NCBI GenBank assembly: GCA_051008935.1
Contig: JBPCXB010000066.1
Location: 50,649 to 114,648, forward strand
Direction: 5' to 3'
DNA: 64,000 nucleotides
Source of the DNA: Gammaproteobacteria bacterium
GTDB lineage: Bacteria; Pseudomonadota; Gammaproteobacteria; JBPCXB01
Shown here one piece after another: positions 39,444-49,525 of this stretch. Position 1 is the stretch's first letter. Each line of letters opens with the position of its first letter. A program made the translations under genes and the position numbers. The notes beneath the pieces are model-generated. The model was given only the letters and a program-made list of their open reading frames with translations, had not been told where the DNA came from and made no database searches.

Positions 39444-41450
39444 TTATGGAAAGTAGTTCCCTTCGACTTTAGATAGGGCTTGTTCAGCGCGTTCTAGAAG
39501 CCAATTCATTCGTCTGCCAACTGCTTTGAAAGTGTCCAGATCTGACATATCGACGCCTGCGTCCTGCAGTAGTTCGAAAGGATAGTCACTGCCTCCGGCT
39601 TTTAGTATACGGCTGAAAGTTTCTGCACCCTGCTCTGGGTTCTGTGTAATCTGATCTGCCAGATAAAAAGCTGCTGCCATGGAAGTAGCATACTGAAATA
39701 CGTAGAAATTGTAATAGAAATGCGGGATATAGGCCCATTCGTAATTGATGTACTCGGGCACAGTAACAATATGTTGCTCTGTACCATGGTAGTGTCGGAC
39801 TAATGTACCGTATACCTCGGCGAGCACGCTGGAATTGAGCACTTGATCCTGTTCCGCCAGCTGATGGATTTTCTGTTCAAACTCCGCAAACATGGTTTGA
39901 CGGTAGAAAGTGCCGCGGATGTCTTCCATCGCTTCAGACAAGTAATAAAGCTCTTCTTCAGGCGTGGATGCCGTTCGGATCAGATGGTCGATCAGTAACG
40001 TTTGGGGCAGGATCGCCGCCATTTCTGCGGTGAAGGTGGAGTAGTCTGCTTTGGTGAATGGTTGGCTTTCGTTCGCCAGCAAACTGTGAATCGCATGCCC
40101 CCACTCGTGCGCAAGGGTACTGACACCGCTAAATTTTTCGTCAAAATTCATCAGGATATAGGGATGTATCCGATAGGCGCCCCCGTTCATGTACGCGCCG
40201 CTCCTTTTTCCTTGTTGGGGGTACAAATGTACCCAGCGTTGGGACATGCCGTGTTTGAGTCGGGTAATGTAATCTTGGCCCAGAGGCTTCAGCGCTTCTA
40301 GAATGAGTAGCTGCGCCTGATCAATGCTAAATTTTCTATCCAGCGAGGGAACCAGAGGTGGATAGATATCGTAGTAAGTCAGATTGTTTAAGCGCAATTG
40401 CTGCTGCCTAAATTTGAAATAGCGGTGCAAGCTGGGCAGCGTGTCGTTAGCGGCTGCGACTAGATTGGAGTAGACCTCCATAGGCAAATTATCGCGATAG
40501 AGTCTGGCTTGGAGGGCAGAATCATAGCCTCTAACCCGCGCTTGAACAACGTGGGAGCGCACTTGACCTGCCAGTAGGTTGCCCATAGTCTGCCCGAATT
40601 TCTGCAAGGTGCCGAAAAAAGTAGCAAAAACTAATTGCCTGAATTCCCGATCAAAAGATTGCCGGCCGACAGAATAACCTTGCGAATTGAGCAGAAGTTC
40701 TTCTCCTTCAGGGGTGGCTAGAGTGGGCCAAGGAATCTCTGCATTCATCAGCACCGAGTAGGTTTCTGAAAATTTTTGCAGCGGCCCTGATGCTTCTGCA
40801 AGGATTTGTTCTTGCTTTGGCGGCAGGATGTGCTTGCTTCTGCGTAGCAGGTCTGAAAAGTATTGATCGTATACCGCTAAAGGCCCGTGCTTCGATTGGC
40901 TCCACTTGATTAATTTGTTGCCATTTTCTACTAAAGCAGGCTCTAGGTTTGCCGCAATTTTTTGGATTTGGTTATACAGTAGGTCGACTTTTTGTGATCG
41001 ACTCTGCCATTCAGTGTTTCTTAAATCGATATCTGCTGCCAGGCTAGCATAGGTATAGGCTTGGAACAAATTTTCCAGCGTTGCAGTAAATCGCTGCATG
41101 CACTGTGTAACGAAATCCCTCTTTTTCAGCTCTTTGCCTTGGCAGCTTTTGAGTTGCTCCAGCTGGCTTCCGATGGATTCAGTAGCCTCCTCCCAGTCTG
41201 TTAGGGTCGGATACAGGTCAGTCAGGTCCCAAGTATGTGGGGTCAGTTCAGTAGCTGAATTTTGGGAGGGCTGGGCAGATGCTGTTTCATCGGCTTGAAA
41301 ATAGGATTCTGTGGCCAGATTTTCTGTTGCACCAATCTGCCCTGCAGCAACGGCAGCACAGGCAACGGCTACGAGTATCCAGCTGAGGCAAGTGTGTGTA
41401 TCTTCAGCACAAAGGCTATGGTGAGGTGTTGATGGCATCATAGTCAGCAT
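39444..41450 (-). CDS. M3 family oligoendopeptidase (PepF-like), secreted
   Basis: N-terminal signal/TM segment and an HEWGH zinc motif (LAHEWGHAIHS) in the C-terminal half. Confidence 0.8.
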   Translation of the reverse strand: MLTMMPSTPHHSLCAEDTHTCLSWILVAVACAAVAAGQIGATENLATESYFQADETASAQPSQNSATELTPHTWDLTDLYPTLTDWEEATESIGSQLEQLKSCQGKELKKRDFVTQCMQRFTATLENLFQAYTYASLAADIDLRNTEWQSRSQKVDLLYNQIQKIAANLEPALVENGNKLIKWSQSKHGPLAVYDQYFSDLLRRSKHILPPKQEQILAEASGPLQKFSETYSVLMNAEIPWPTLATPEGEELLLNSQGYSVGRQSFDREFRQLVFATFFGTLQKFGQTMGNLLAGQVRSHVVQARVRGYDSALQARLYRDNLPMEVYSNLVAAANDTLPSLHRYFKFRQQQLRLNNLTYYDIYPPLVPSLDRKFSIDQAQLLILEALKPLGQDYITRLKHGMSQRWVHLYPQQGKRSGAYMNGGAYRIHPYILMNFDEKFSGVSTLAHEWGHAIHSLLANESQPFTKADYSTFTAEMAAILPQTLLIDHLIRTASTPEEELYYLSEAMEDIRGTFYRQTMFAEFEQKIHQLAEQDQVLNSSVLAEVYGTLVRHYHGTEQHIVTVPEYINYEWAYIPHFYYNFYVFQYATSMAAAFYLADQITQNPEQGAETFSRILKAGGSDYPFELLQDAGVDMSDLDTFKAVGRRMNWLLERAEQALSKVEGNYFP

Positions 41451-42223
41451 CCTTTCCAGTTAGGGCGTCTCTTTTGGGCAAAAGCCAGAGGGCCTTCTTT
41501 CAGATCTTCGCTTTTGAGCATGGTAGCAACAGCAGGGTATTTGCCTCGATAAGCCTGTTCGAGGCTAGCGTATTCCAGCCCTTTATGTATGGCTTCTTTA
41601 GATGCCTGAACGGATAACGGTGCGCACTCCAGTATCTGTTGTGCCCATTCCCGTGCGCGTTCCATAACAGTCCCTGCGGGGGCAATATCGGTGACAAATC
41701 CCATGTTCATCCCTTCCGAGGCTGTGACTCTGCGGCCTGTCAGAATCATGCCCATAGCCTGTTTGATACCTATCTGGCGGGGCAGTCGATGTAAGCCTCC
41801 GGCTAAAGCGGCCAACCCAACGTGGGGCTCAGGCAGGGCAAAGACTGCCTGTTTTTCATCTGCAATAATTAGATCACTGGCCAGAGCAATTTCGAAGCCG
41901 CCGCCCATGGCGATGCCGTTGACAGCTGCAATGATCGGTTTATTGAGATCAAAACGACTCGTTAGACCTGCAAATCCGGTTTCAGGGGTTGTCATTGCAT
42001 GACCCTGTGCTTGATATTTCAGGTCGTTGCCTGCTGAAAAAGCCCGGTCACCAGCACCGGTAATAATGGCGACCCACAGATCGGGATCTGCAGCAAATTC
42101 GTCGAACACCGCAGCAAGTTCTTCGCTGGCTGGCGGATGCACAGCATTCATAACCTCAGGCCGGTTGATAGTGATTTCTAGAATGCGCCCGTTGCGCTTG
42201 GATAATGAAAATTCGTTGCTCAT
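41444..42223 (-). CDS. enoyl-CoA hydratase/isomerase family protein
   Basis: Crotonase fold with FSAGNDLK and the oxyanion-hole glycine motif GIAMGGGFE. Confidence 0.8.
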   Translation of the reverse strand: MSNEFSLSKRNGRILEITINRPEVMNAVHPPASEELAAVFDEFAADPDLWVAIITGAGDRAFSAGNDLKYQAQGHAMTTPETGFAGLTSRFDLNKPIIAAVNGIAMGGGFEIALASDLIIADEKQAVFALPEPHVGLAALAGGLHRLPRQIGIKQAMGMILTGRRVTASEGMNMGFVTDIAPAGTVMERAREWAQQILECAPLSVQASKEAIHKGLEYASLEQAYRGKYPAVATMLKSEDLKEGPLAFAQKRRPNWKGC

Positions 42224-42447
42224 AGCTGATTACTCCACCTCGTTATCGCTGCCATGGTGGCAGTCGTGGTATGCTCCAGATACCTGCCGTCTAGGCTAGG
42301 CTTCTGAGATATACAGTTTAGAGGATAGAGGTATCTTTGTGAGAGTCAGCCAGTGGTAAATGGGCAACAGCCAATCGTTTAGGTCGAAAAGCATGTGTTC
42401 TGAGGTATAGCGCAGACAGTTTTTTGCGCTGATTAGCAAGTTGCGTG

Positions 42448-42837
42448 CTATTGCTCGCTCTCGTAGGGGTCGTCAAATTCAGGCTCATACGCATCATAGA
42501 GTTCGTCTGATTGATTTTCGTAGTGCTGATCTATGATCTCGTTATAAAAGTTGGGGCTTTCGATATTTGGATTTTCAGCTGTTGGTAAAGCGCCTTCCAG
42601 CCAAGGCAACAACAGGGTGCCTCCAATTAAGGACCCAGCGCCAATAGTCGCGACTACGCCCCAGAGCACTGCCCGCATGAAGATTTTGTGCAAAAAATAG
42701 AAAAAGACCATGCCCGCAACAAAAGAAGTTTGGGGGTCTAGCTCGGATATCCAGTGCAATACCCTAATAAGCTCATAGTGCGCATCGTGCAGAATGGCCT
42801 CTAGGGTCTCGATCACTGTATCTAACTCCATGGACAA
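42448..42837 (-). CDS. hypothetical small membrane protein with acidic C-terminal tail
   Basis: 129 aa with two predicted TM helices (VAGMVFFYFLHKIF / VVATIGAGSLIGGTLLLPWL) and a D/E/Y-rich C-terminus. No recognisable family. Confidence 0.4.
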   Translation of the reverse strand: MSMELDTVIETLEAILHDAHYELIRVLHWISELDPQTSFVAGMVFFYFLHKIFMRAVLWGVVATIGAGSLIGGTLLLPWLEGALPTAENPNIESPNFYNEIIDQHYENQSDELYDAYEPEFDDPYESEQ

Positions 42838-42890
42838 GCCGAAGTTACTTAATTAATACTTCCATGGCTCTATTTTACCTGCACTTGGGA

Positions 42891-44111
42891 TTAGGCAGAG
42901 GAAAGCCAAATAGCCACCCGTTCAAAGGGCGCATAATGCGTTTGTGCGGGCACCTCCAGCAAGCAGTTGGCCTGAGCCAGAGGCGTGAGAAGCGCTGAAT
43001 GTTGCGGCATCAGAGGCGTGACCTGCAGCTGCTTCTGGCCATCTACATCCACTGCTTCGAAGTGCGCTTGCATAAAGTGCAGCCTCTTAGTGGGGTTATT
43101 GACCGACTGGGTGCAATAGGCTGGAAAAGACTGCGGTTTGTAGTGCTGCCGCCCGCACATGCGGTATACAAAAGGTTTAATGAGCATCTGTAAGCCAACC
43201 GATACCGAGAGCGGATTACCCGGTAATGCGAGCACGGGAGTATCTTCTATAACGCCAGCAGCAAAAGGCATCCCGGGTCGTATGCTGATGCGGTGCAGTA
43301 GCAGTTGGCCCAACTTACGGATGGCTGGTACTATCCAGTCTTTGTTGCCGGCGGATGTACCGCCAGTGGTAATAATCAGATCGCATTGATGGGCAGCTTG
43401 CTGTAGTGTGTCGCAAATACGATCCAGATCATCTTCTAGAATCCCGTAGTCCATATAGTCGAGCGGTAACCTCTGCAGTTCATCTTGCAGAAAGAGGGCA
43501 TTCAGGTCGTATTGGCTATTTGCAGGTGGTTGGCTAGACACTGGAATCAATTCATCGCCAAGGCGTATGACTGCCACTTTGGCTCGAGCATATAGCTTAA
43601 GAACTGGGATCTGTGCGGCACCTACCAGAGCTAATTTTCTGGCATCCAGCCGTATGCCAGCTGGCAGCAGTTCATCGCCGGACCTGAAATCTTCGCCTGC
43701 TGGACGGATCCAAGTTTCTGTATGATCCAGATCCATGATTTCTATCCAGTCCGGCCCCGTTGTTACCGCTTCTTTGGGGATGACGCGCTTGCCACCTTCG
43801 GGCACTGTTTCTCCGGTAGCAATAGGCAGTGCGTAGCCAGAGGCCAGCCTGTTTGCATCGGTCCCTCGTTCGCGCGCGTCTACTATTCTTAATCGGCTTG
43901 CGGGTATGTTTGCATCGGCCAGTGCATATCCATCCATGCGGGATTTAGGTTGCTGTGGATAGTCTATTGTTGCCCGCGCAGGCTGGGCTAGGATACGCCC
44001 TTTCAGAGCATGGATAGCAGAAGTTGTAGGGATCGACTCAATACGCAAGCACTGCCTTGTGCGGTCGGCCAGTTGTAATAACTGCTCTAATGCCAGCCTA
44101 AAGTCGATCAC
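42891..44111 (-). CDS. moeA: molybdopterin molybdenumtransferase
   Basis: 406 aa with the ITTGGTSAG MoeA/gephyrin-type motif. Confidence 0.85.
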   Translation of the reverse strand: MIDFRLALEQLLQLADRTRQCLRIESIPTTSAIHALKGRILAQPARATIDYPQQPKSRMDGYALADANIPASRLRIVDARERGTDANRLASGYALPIATGETVPEGGKRVIPKEAVTTGPDWIEIMDLDHTETWIRPAGEDFRSGDELLPAGIRLDARKLALVGAAQIPVLKLYARAKVAVIRLGDELIPVSSQPPANSQYDLNALFLQDELQRLPLDYMDYGILEDDLDRICDTLQQAAHQCDLIITTGGTSAGNKDWIVPAIRKLGQLLLHRISIRPGMPFAAGVIEDTPVLALPGNPLSVSVGLQMLIKPFVYRMCGRQHYKPQSFPAYCTQSVNNPTKRLHFMQAHFEAVDVDGQKQLQVTPLMPQHSALLTPLAQANCLLEVPAQTHYAPFERVAIWLSSA

Positions 44112-44150
44112 AGCTACCCTTTTGTGGAAATGGTTTGGATGCTCGGGCTT

Positions 44151-44227
44151 TGGTGGCTATGGCTGGACTTGAACCAGCGACATCAGCATTATGAATGCTG
44201 CGCTCTAACCGACTGAGCTACATAGCC
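44151..44227 (-). tRNA. tRNA-Met (CAT anticodon, elongator-like)
   Basis: Reverse complement reads GGCTATGTAGCTCAGTCGGTTAGAGCGCAGCATTCATAATGCTGATGTCGCTGGTTCAAGTCCAGCCATAGCCACCA. A cloverleaf with a 7-bp acceptor stem, an anticodon stem CAGCA/TGCTG with loop TTCATAA, and an encoded CCA. Confidence 0.85.
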
Positions 44228-44578
44228 GTACGTTCTGTTTGTTTTATGCGAGTTGCGATCACAAGATGCACCTCTAAGGCACATTTTCATCAGATGAACC
44301 TTGCAATACAAGTCTACACGACCGAAATCAGTGAAAAAAGCACCGCATACTCCTGTGCTAGGGGTTTTGTCAGTTATCAGAAGGTGATCAGTGTGCAGCA
44401 TGCCGACCCTGCATTGTTGGGGGGTTGTGCACCCGATAGAGTGTGTAAAATCTAATTTCGGTGGGACCGCCAGATAGACCAACGGATCTGCACCGAATGG
44501 GCTCTAGTGTGCACAGCCGCTAGAGACTGGTAGGATGCCCACTAGAACGTTAACGTTACAGACAGGGAGTATTACAGC

Positions 44579-46012
44579 ATGGAAGCTAAAAGCCAGTTCT
44601 ATATCAATGGTCAATGGGTGGAACCAACCAACCCCGGCAATCTGCTGGATGTGATCAACCCCGCTACCGAACAGCCGATTACCCAGATTAGTCTGGGGGA
44701 TGCGGCTGATGTCGATAAGGCTGCGCAAGCTGCACGCGCTGCTTTTCCGGCTTTTTCAACCACAAGCCGGGAAGAGCGTCTGGAATTGTTGCAGGCTATT
44801 TTGGCTGAATACCAAAAACGGTTGGGCAGTATTGCCGAAGCCATTTCAGCCGAGATGGGGGCGCCGAAGCAGCTGGCCAATGCGGCTCAGGCACCATCTG
44901 GTATGGCGCATTTCATGAACGTCATTGAAGTGTTGAAAAACTATTCTTTTACCGCCGTTCAAAACGGCACAGCAATTGTGCATGAACCTGTAGGGGTATG
45001 CGGTTTAATTACCCCTTGGAACTGGCCAATCAATCAAATATCCTGCAAAGTAGCCCCCGCTTTGGCGGCAGGCTGCACGATGGTACTCAAGCCCAGTGAG
45101 GTGGCACCATTGGATGCCATGATCTTGGCTGAAATCTTGCATGAGGCTGGAGTCCCAGCAGGCGTCTTTAACTTGGTTAATGGTGATGGGCCTGTTGTGG
45201 GTGAAGCGATTGCCGCTCATCCAGACATAGATATGGTGTCCTTTACCGGCTCTACTCGTGCTGGCGTTCGTGTAGCCACCTTAGCTGCTGAATCTGTCAA
45301 GCGCGTGGCACAAGAGCTCGGAGGAAAATCTGCCAATGTGATTTTGGAGGACGCAGATCTGGAATCTGCAGTTGTCGCAGGTGCCCGCCATTGCTTCAAT
45401 AACTCAGGTCAGAGTTGCAACGCGCCTACGCGCATGCTGGTTCCCCGTAATAAACACCAACAGGCAGCGCAGATAGCTGCTAAGGTGGCTGAGAAAATTA
45501 CAGTGGGCGATCCGACATCTGAGAAGACGCAGATGGGCCCTGTTTCAAGCGGCTTGCAGTATGATCGTATCCAAACTATGATCCAAAAAGGCATTGACGA
45601 AGGCGCAGAACTGGTGACCGGTGGTATTGGCAAGCCCTCTGGTCTCAATCAAGGCTACTATGTTAAGCCAACCGTTTTTGCTAATGTCAGCAATGACATG
45701 GCTATTGCCCGTCAGGAGATCTTTGGCCCTGTACTGTCGATATTGCCTTACGACAATGAGGAGGAAGCGATTACCATCGCCAACGACACAGAGTACGGGC
45801 TTTCAGGGTATGTATCATCGGGGGACTTAGAGCATGCCCGCAATGTAGCAGCTCAGTTGCGCGCCGGCAATGTGCATATCAACAATGCTTCGGCAGATTT
45901 TGCCGCTCCTTTTGGGGGCTACAAAAAATCCGGCAATGGGCGCGAATGGGGCAGCCACGGCTTCGCAGAATTTCTCGAGACCAAAGCTGTCATGGGCTAT
46001 GAAAGTAAATGA
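44579..46012 (+). CDS. NAD(P)-dependent aldehyde dehydrogenase
   Basis: 477 aa with a catalytic Cys region (NSGQSCNAP) and a Glu motif (ELGGKSA). Confidence 0.9.
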   Translation: MEAKSQFYINGQWVEPTNPGNLLDVINPATEQPITQISLGDAADVDKAAQAARAAFPAFSTTSREERLELLQAILAEYQKRLGSIAEAISAEMGAPKQLANAAQAPSGMAHFMNVIEVLKNYSFTAVQNGTAIVHEPVGVCGLITPWNWPINQISCKVAPALAAGCTMVLKPSEVAPLDAMILAEILHEAGVPAGVFNLVNGDGPVVGEAIAAHPDIDMVSFTGSTRAGVRVATLAAESVKRVAQELGGKSANVILEDADLESAVVAGARHCFNNSGQSCNAPTRMLVPRNKHQQAAQIAAKVAEKITVGDPTSEKTQMGPVSSGLQYDRIQTMIQKGIDEGAELVTGGIGKPSGLNQGYYVKPTVFANVSNDMAIARQEIFGPVLSILPYDNEEEAITIANDTEYGLSGYVSSGDLEHARNVAAQLRAGNVHINNASADFAAPFGGYKKSGNGREWGSHGFAEFLETKAVMGYESK

Positions 46013-46577
46013 ATCTTCTGGGCTGATCCCGCACAGGGTCAAAGAAGTTTCAATCATCCCGCCTTGGCCGGCTGGGATGCAGATCGCAACCTTTGGTATG
46101 GGTTGTTTTTGGGGTGCTGAGAGGCTGTTTTGGACGTTGCCAGAAGTCTATGTTACAGCCGTTGGATATTCGGGGGGCGCCCGCCCGAACCCTAGCTATG
46201 AACAGGTTTGCGCAGGAACTACTGGCCATGCTGAAGTGGTTCGTGTTGTTTTTGACCCACAGCAAATTGACTTCGGGCAATTGCTGCGGATATTTTGGCA
46301 AGAGCACGATCCTACGCAAGGGATGCGCCAAGGAAATGATAGGGGGAGTCAGTACCGTTCGGTGGTATATTGCCAAGATACAGAGCAGTTGGATCAGGCC
46401 TTAGCAAGCTGTCGCAGCTATCAGCAGGCTTTGACAGAGCGCGGTTTTGGGGCTATTACCACCGAAATAGAGCCGCCCCCCCCCTTCTATTACGCAGAGG
46501 CATACCATCAGCAGTATTTAGCTGCCAATCCCCAAGGATATTGCGGATTAGCGGGAACAGGGGTCCAGGTTAGCTAA
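45999..46577 (+). CDS. msrA: peptide methionine sulfoxide reductase MsrA
   Basis: The GMGCFWGAE active-site motif. Start chosen at ATG 45999, overlapping the aldH stop, rather than the long upstream ORF start at 45870. Confidence 0.85.
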   Translation: MKVNESSGLIPHRVKEVSIIPPWPAGMQIATFGMGCFWGAERLFWTLPEVYVTAVGYSGGARPNPSYEQVCAGTTGHAEVVRVVFDPQQIDFGQLLRIFWQEHDPTQGMRQGNDRGSQYRSVVYCQDTEQLDQALASCRSYQQALTERGFGAITTEIEPPPPFYYAEAYHQQYLAANPQGYCGLAGTGVQVS

Positions 46578-46630
46578 GATAGCCCGTAGCGAGACTCCGT
46601 GGCGATATGGAATAGTAGAGAGGGTGCACG

Positions 46631-47542
46631 ATGCTTGAAGCAGCATTGGCTGTCGAGGAAGTAGCGAACGCGAATGGTATTCAGTTAGCTTTCAGGCGTT
46701 ACGGTAACCCTGAACATCCTAGCATCGTATTGATCGCAGGCCTCGGCTTGCAGCTGGTGTACTGGCCGAGTAAGTTAGTGCAGCAGCTGGAGCAAGCCGG
46801 CTTTAGCCTCGTGGTGTTTGATAACAGGGATGCGGGCAAATCGCAACATATGCATGAGCGGGGTTACCAATATCCAATGTGGATGGTCGCATTAGCTGCC
46901 CGGATGGGGATGCCGTTATCTGGATGCTATCGGGTAGAAAATCTGGCGGCAGACACACTGGGCTTGATGGATGCACTGGGGATTGAAAAAGCTCATGTAC
47001 TGGGCCTATCTATGGGTGGAATGGTGGCACAGGCTTTGACGATAGCGCACCCCAGAAGGGTGTTGAGTTTGACTTCTATTATGTCGACCACTGGATATTC
47101 AGGCTTGCCTCTGCCTGCTCGGGATGTTTTGTTGGCCTTAATGACGCCTTTAGGTCGCACGCGCGCTGATTTTGTTGAGCAAACTGTGCAGAGATGGAGC
47201 CGTCTCGCCGGTACGCATTTTCCAGTTGATACAGAACATTTGCGCCAAGTGGCAGCCTCCTCATACGATAGAGGGTATAGTCAGGCCTCTACCGCGCGCC
47301 AACTACGTGCTATATTGACGTCAAAAGCTCGGGACCAAGACCTAGGCGGTATCCGTGTGCCCACGCTCATCATTCACGGCAGCGCAGATCCTTTGATTCA
47401 TCTAGCAGGTGGTATTCGTACGGCTCAATGCATTCCTAAAGCCCGTTTAGAAATCATTGAAGGCATGGGCCATGCGCTCCAGCCTGAAGTCGTGAATCGG
47501 ATCCGGCCCATGCTGGTTGAACACCTCAGCGGTGCTGCCTGA
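46631..47542 (+). CDS. alpha/beta hydrolase
   Basis: GLSMGGMVAQ nucleophile elbow (GxSxG). Confidence 0.7.
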   Translation: MLEAALAVEEVANANGIQLAFRRYGNPEHPSIVLIAGLGLQLVYWPSKLVQQLEQAGFSLVVFDNRDAGKSQHMHERGYQYPMWMVALAARMGMPLSGCYRVENLAADTLGLMDALGIEKAHVLGLSMGGMVAQALTIAHPRRVLSLTSIMSTTGYSGLPLPARDVLLALMTPLGRTRADFVEQTVQRWSRLAGTHFPVDTEHLRQVAASSYDRGYSQASTARQLRAILTSKARDQDLGGIRVPTLIIHGSADPLIHLAGGIRTAQCIPKARLEIIEGMGHALQPEVVNRIRPMLVEHLSGAA

Positions 47543-47590
47543 GGGAATGTAGCCAAGCAGGATGTTAGAACACTGACATGACCATCATCA

Positions 47591-48262
47591 TTGACTTCAG
47601 AAAGGAGTTTGGCATTGGTAGCACTTGATTCTCAAAAGAGCAGCAATAGCGATACGGATGTTGAGGGCCATCTCTCTCATCAGGATCCGGATTTGGGTAC
47701 TGTAATTGCACGAGTTGTCGATCATTTTGGAGAGGTGCAGCGGTTTCCAGAACCTACCAGCAAAAGCCATTTTGCCCATTTGGTGCGTTCAATTGTCTAT
47801 CAGCAACTGTCCGGTAAAGCAGCAGGCACCATTCATACTAGGTTGGTAGAAGGGCTGGCAGGTGATGTGACAGCAGTTGGCCTTGCCAGATTTTCGTTGG
47901 AACAGCTGCGTTCCTTCGGTTTATCCCGCCCTAAATCGGGTTATTTACAGGCTCTTGCTGATCGAGTCGTGTCTGGTGAATTGCAGCTGGAAGATTTGCA
48001 TCAGCTGGATGATCAGGCCGTATTCAGCAGACTCATTCAATGCAAAGGCATCGGTGAATGGACAGTGCAGATGTTTTTGATGTTCCATCTGCGCAGGCAA
48101 GATATTTTGCCTGCGCTCGATTTGGGGGTGCGTAAAGGCTTTGCGGTTATGTGCAGTCAGACTGAACTGCCCACGCGCGAAGCGATGCTCAAACGTGCAG
48201 AAAGATGGAGCCCATGGCGCAGCATTGCTGCTCTCTATCTTTGGCGGATTCTGGATGTTTAA
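47591..48262 (+). CDS. DNA-3-methyladenine glycosylase II-like (HhH-GPD superfamily, AlkA type)
   Basis: A helix-hairpin-helix motif IQCKGIGEWTVQMF followed by the conserved Asp region LGVRKGF. Confidence 0.75.
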   Translation: MTSERSLALVALDSQKSSNSDTDVEGHLSHQDPDLGTVIARVVDHFGEVQRFPEPTSKSHFAHLVRSIVYQQLSGKAAGTIHTRLVEGLAGDVTAVGLARFSLEQLRSFGLSRPKSGYLQALADRVVSGELQLEDLHQLDDQAVFSRLIQCKGIGEWTVQMFLMFHLRRQDILPALDLGVRKGFAVMCSQTELPTREAMLKRAERWSPWRSIAALYLWRILDV

Positions 48263-49524
48263 TGGGTGGCTGTGACTTGAGCCGTCATTTCTTGGCGTTT
48301 GGCGACCTGGTCGCCTGTCAACACAAAGCCTTTTAGGATGCCATCAGAGTCATAGTAGCGCGACCAGCAGCCGTCTTCGGAGAGTGTGCAATGCCATTGA
48401 TCTTGCTTTCGTGCGCTGCCTGGTTCGGCTAGCAGCATGTTAACGGGGTGCAGGCTGGTTTTGACGCCTACGGATATCGGCGGAAAGACCGCCTCGGATG
48501 GGTTGTTGGTGAGGGTTTTTGCCAAAGCAGCTGCAGCAATACGAATAGGCTGCACGAACAGCCTTACACGGCCTGTAATTTCTGCACAGTCGCCTAAAGC
48601 ATAGATATCTGGCGCACTGGTTCTGAGATAAGAATCGGTGCAGATGCCTGCATTGACCGTTAACCCGGACGTTTTAGCCAGTTGCACCTCTGGCCGAATA
48701 CCTGCAGCTGACAAGATTAGCTCTGTTTCAATACGGTCTCCGTTGGGCAGCACCGTTCGATAGAGACCGTCTTCGTAGTAAATGGGGGCCTTTAATTGTG
48801 TATTCAGATGCCAGCGCGCGCCGGCTTTTTCCAGAGCTTGTTTGAGTTTGTTGCCGGGGTTTTCGGGGATCAGCAAGCTCATCGGCCAAGGATCGGGGCC
48901 AAGGATGTCCACCTGGATATTTTGCGTGAGCAGATCGTTAGCAAATTCACAGCCCACCAGTCCAGGGCCGATAACCAGCGCTTTTGAGATTTTTCGTTTT
49001 TGTAAATGATTTCTGAATTGTATGTAATCGTTCAGGGAGTTAATCGAGCAAATTTCTGCCTGTGAGCCTGATGGCGCAATCAGTTCTAGCGGTAGCCGAA
49101 CTGGCGCAGATCCGGTTGCAAGTATCAGAGAGCTGTAATCCAATTCTATTGGCTGACCATGCTGTATAGTAGCGCCCTCAATGCCGTGTTGTCGCCAGAC
49201 GAGATCAGGGGCTATAGGCGGGTTTTGGGGTGCGGGTACGGCATAGAGCTTATGAGCCTGAATGTCTATTTTTTCAACTAAGGTGTAGGGATAAAAGTCC
49301 AGATCCAGGTCGTTACTTATTTCTGCACGAGTAGCGTCGATCAGTTGCTCAGGCAGTTTTTGCATAGCTAGAGAGTTTGATAATTTGGGTTTGGCGTACA
49401 TTTCGCCACCATCCGTCGATATCATGCTCAATTTTTGGGTATAGCCCTCTTTGCGCAAGGCTTTGGCCGCCGCATAGCCTGCCATGCCTGAACCGATAAT
49501 AACAACAGGTGCAGTTTGAGACAT
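48259..49524 (-). CDS. FAD-dependent pyridine nucleotide-disulfide oxidoreductase, rubredoxin-NAD+ reductase-like
   Basis: N-terminal VVIIGSGMAGYAAA FAD dinucleotide-binding motif and a second VIGPGLVGCE NAD-binding motif. Confidence 0.65.
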   Translation of the reverse strand: MSQTAPVVIIGSGMAGYAAAKALRKEGYTQKLSMISTDGGEMYAKPKLSNSLAMQKLPEQLIDATRAEISNDLDLDFYPYTLVEKIDIQAHKLYAVPAPQNPPIAPDLVWRQHGIEGATIQHGQPIELDYSSLILATGSAPVRLPLELIAPSGSQAEICSINSLNDYIQFRNHLQKRKISKALVIGPGLVGCEFANDLLTQNIQVDILGPDPWPMSLLIPENPGNKLKQALEKAGARWHLNTQLKAPIYYEDGLYRTVLPNGDRIETELILSAAGIRPEVQLAKTSGLTVNAGICTDSYLRTSAPDIYALGDCAEITGRVRLFVQPIRIAAAALAKTLTNNPSEAVFPPISVGVKTSLHPVNMLLAEPGSARKQDQWHCTLSEDGCWSRYYDSDGILKGFVLTGDQVAKRQEMTAQVTATH

Positions 49525-49525
49525 T

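Noticed and set aside
44189-44482. Two overlapping ORFs (97 and 86 aa) over the tRNA-Met gene
   Set aside because: They overlap a clear tRNA cloverleaf with an encoded CCA. They show no coding signal and no homology.
45870-45998. Long N-terminal extension of msrA overlapping aldH
   Set aside because: The extension has no similarity to MsrA. The internal ATG at 45999 gives a canonical 192-aa MsrA that starts just at the aldH stop.
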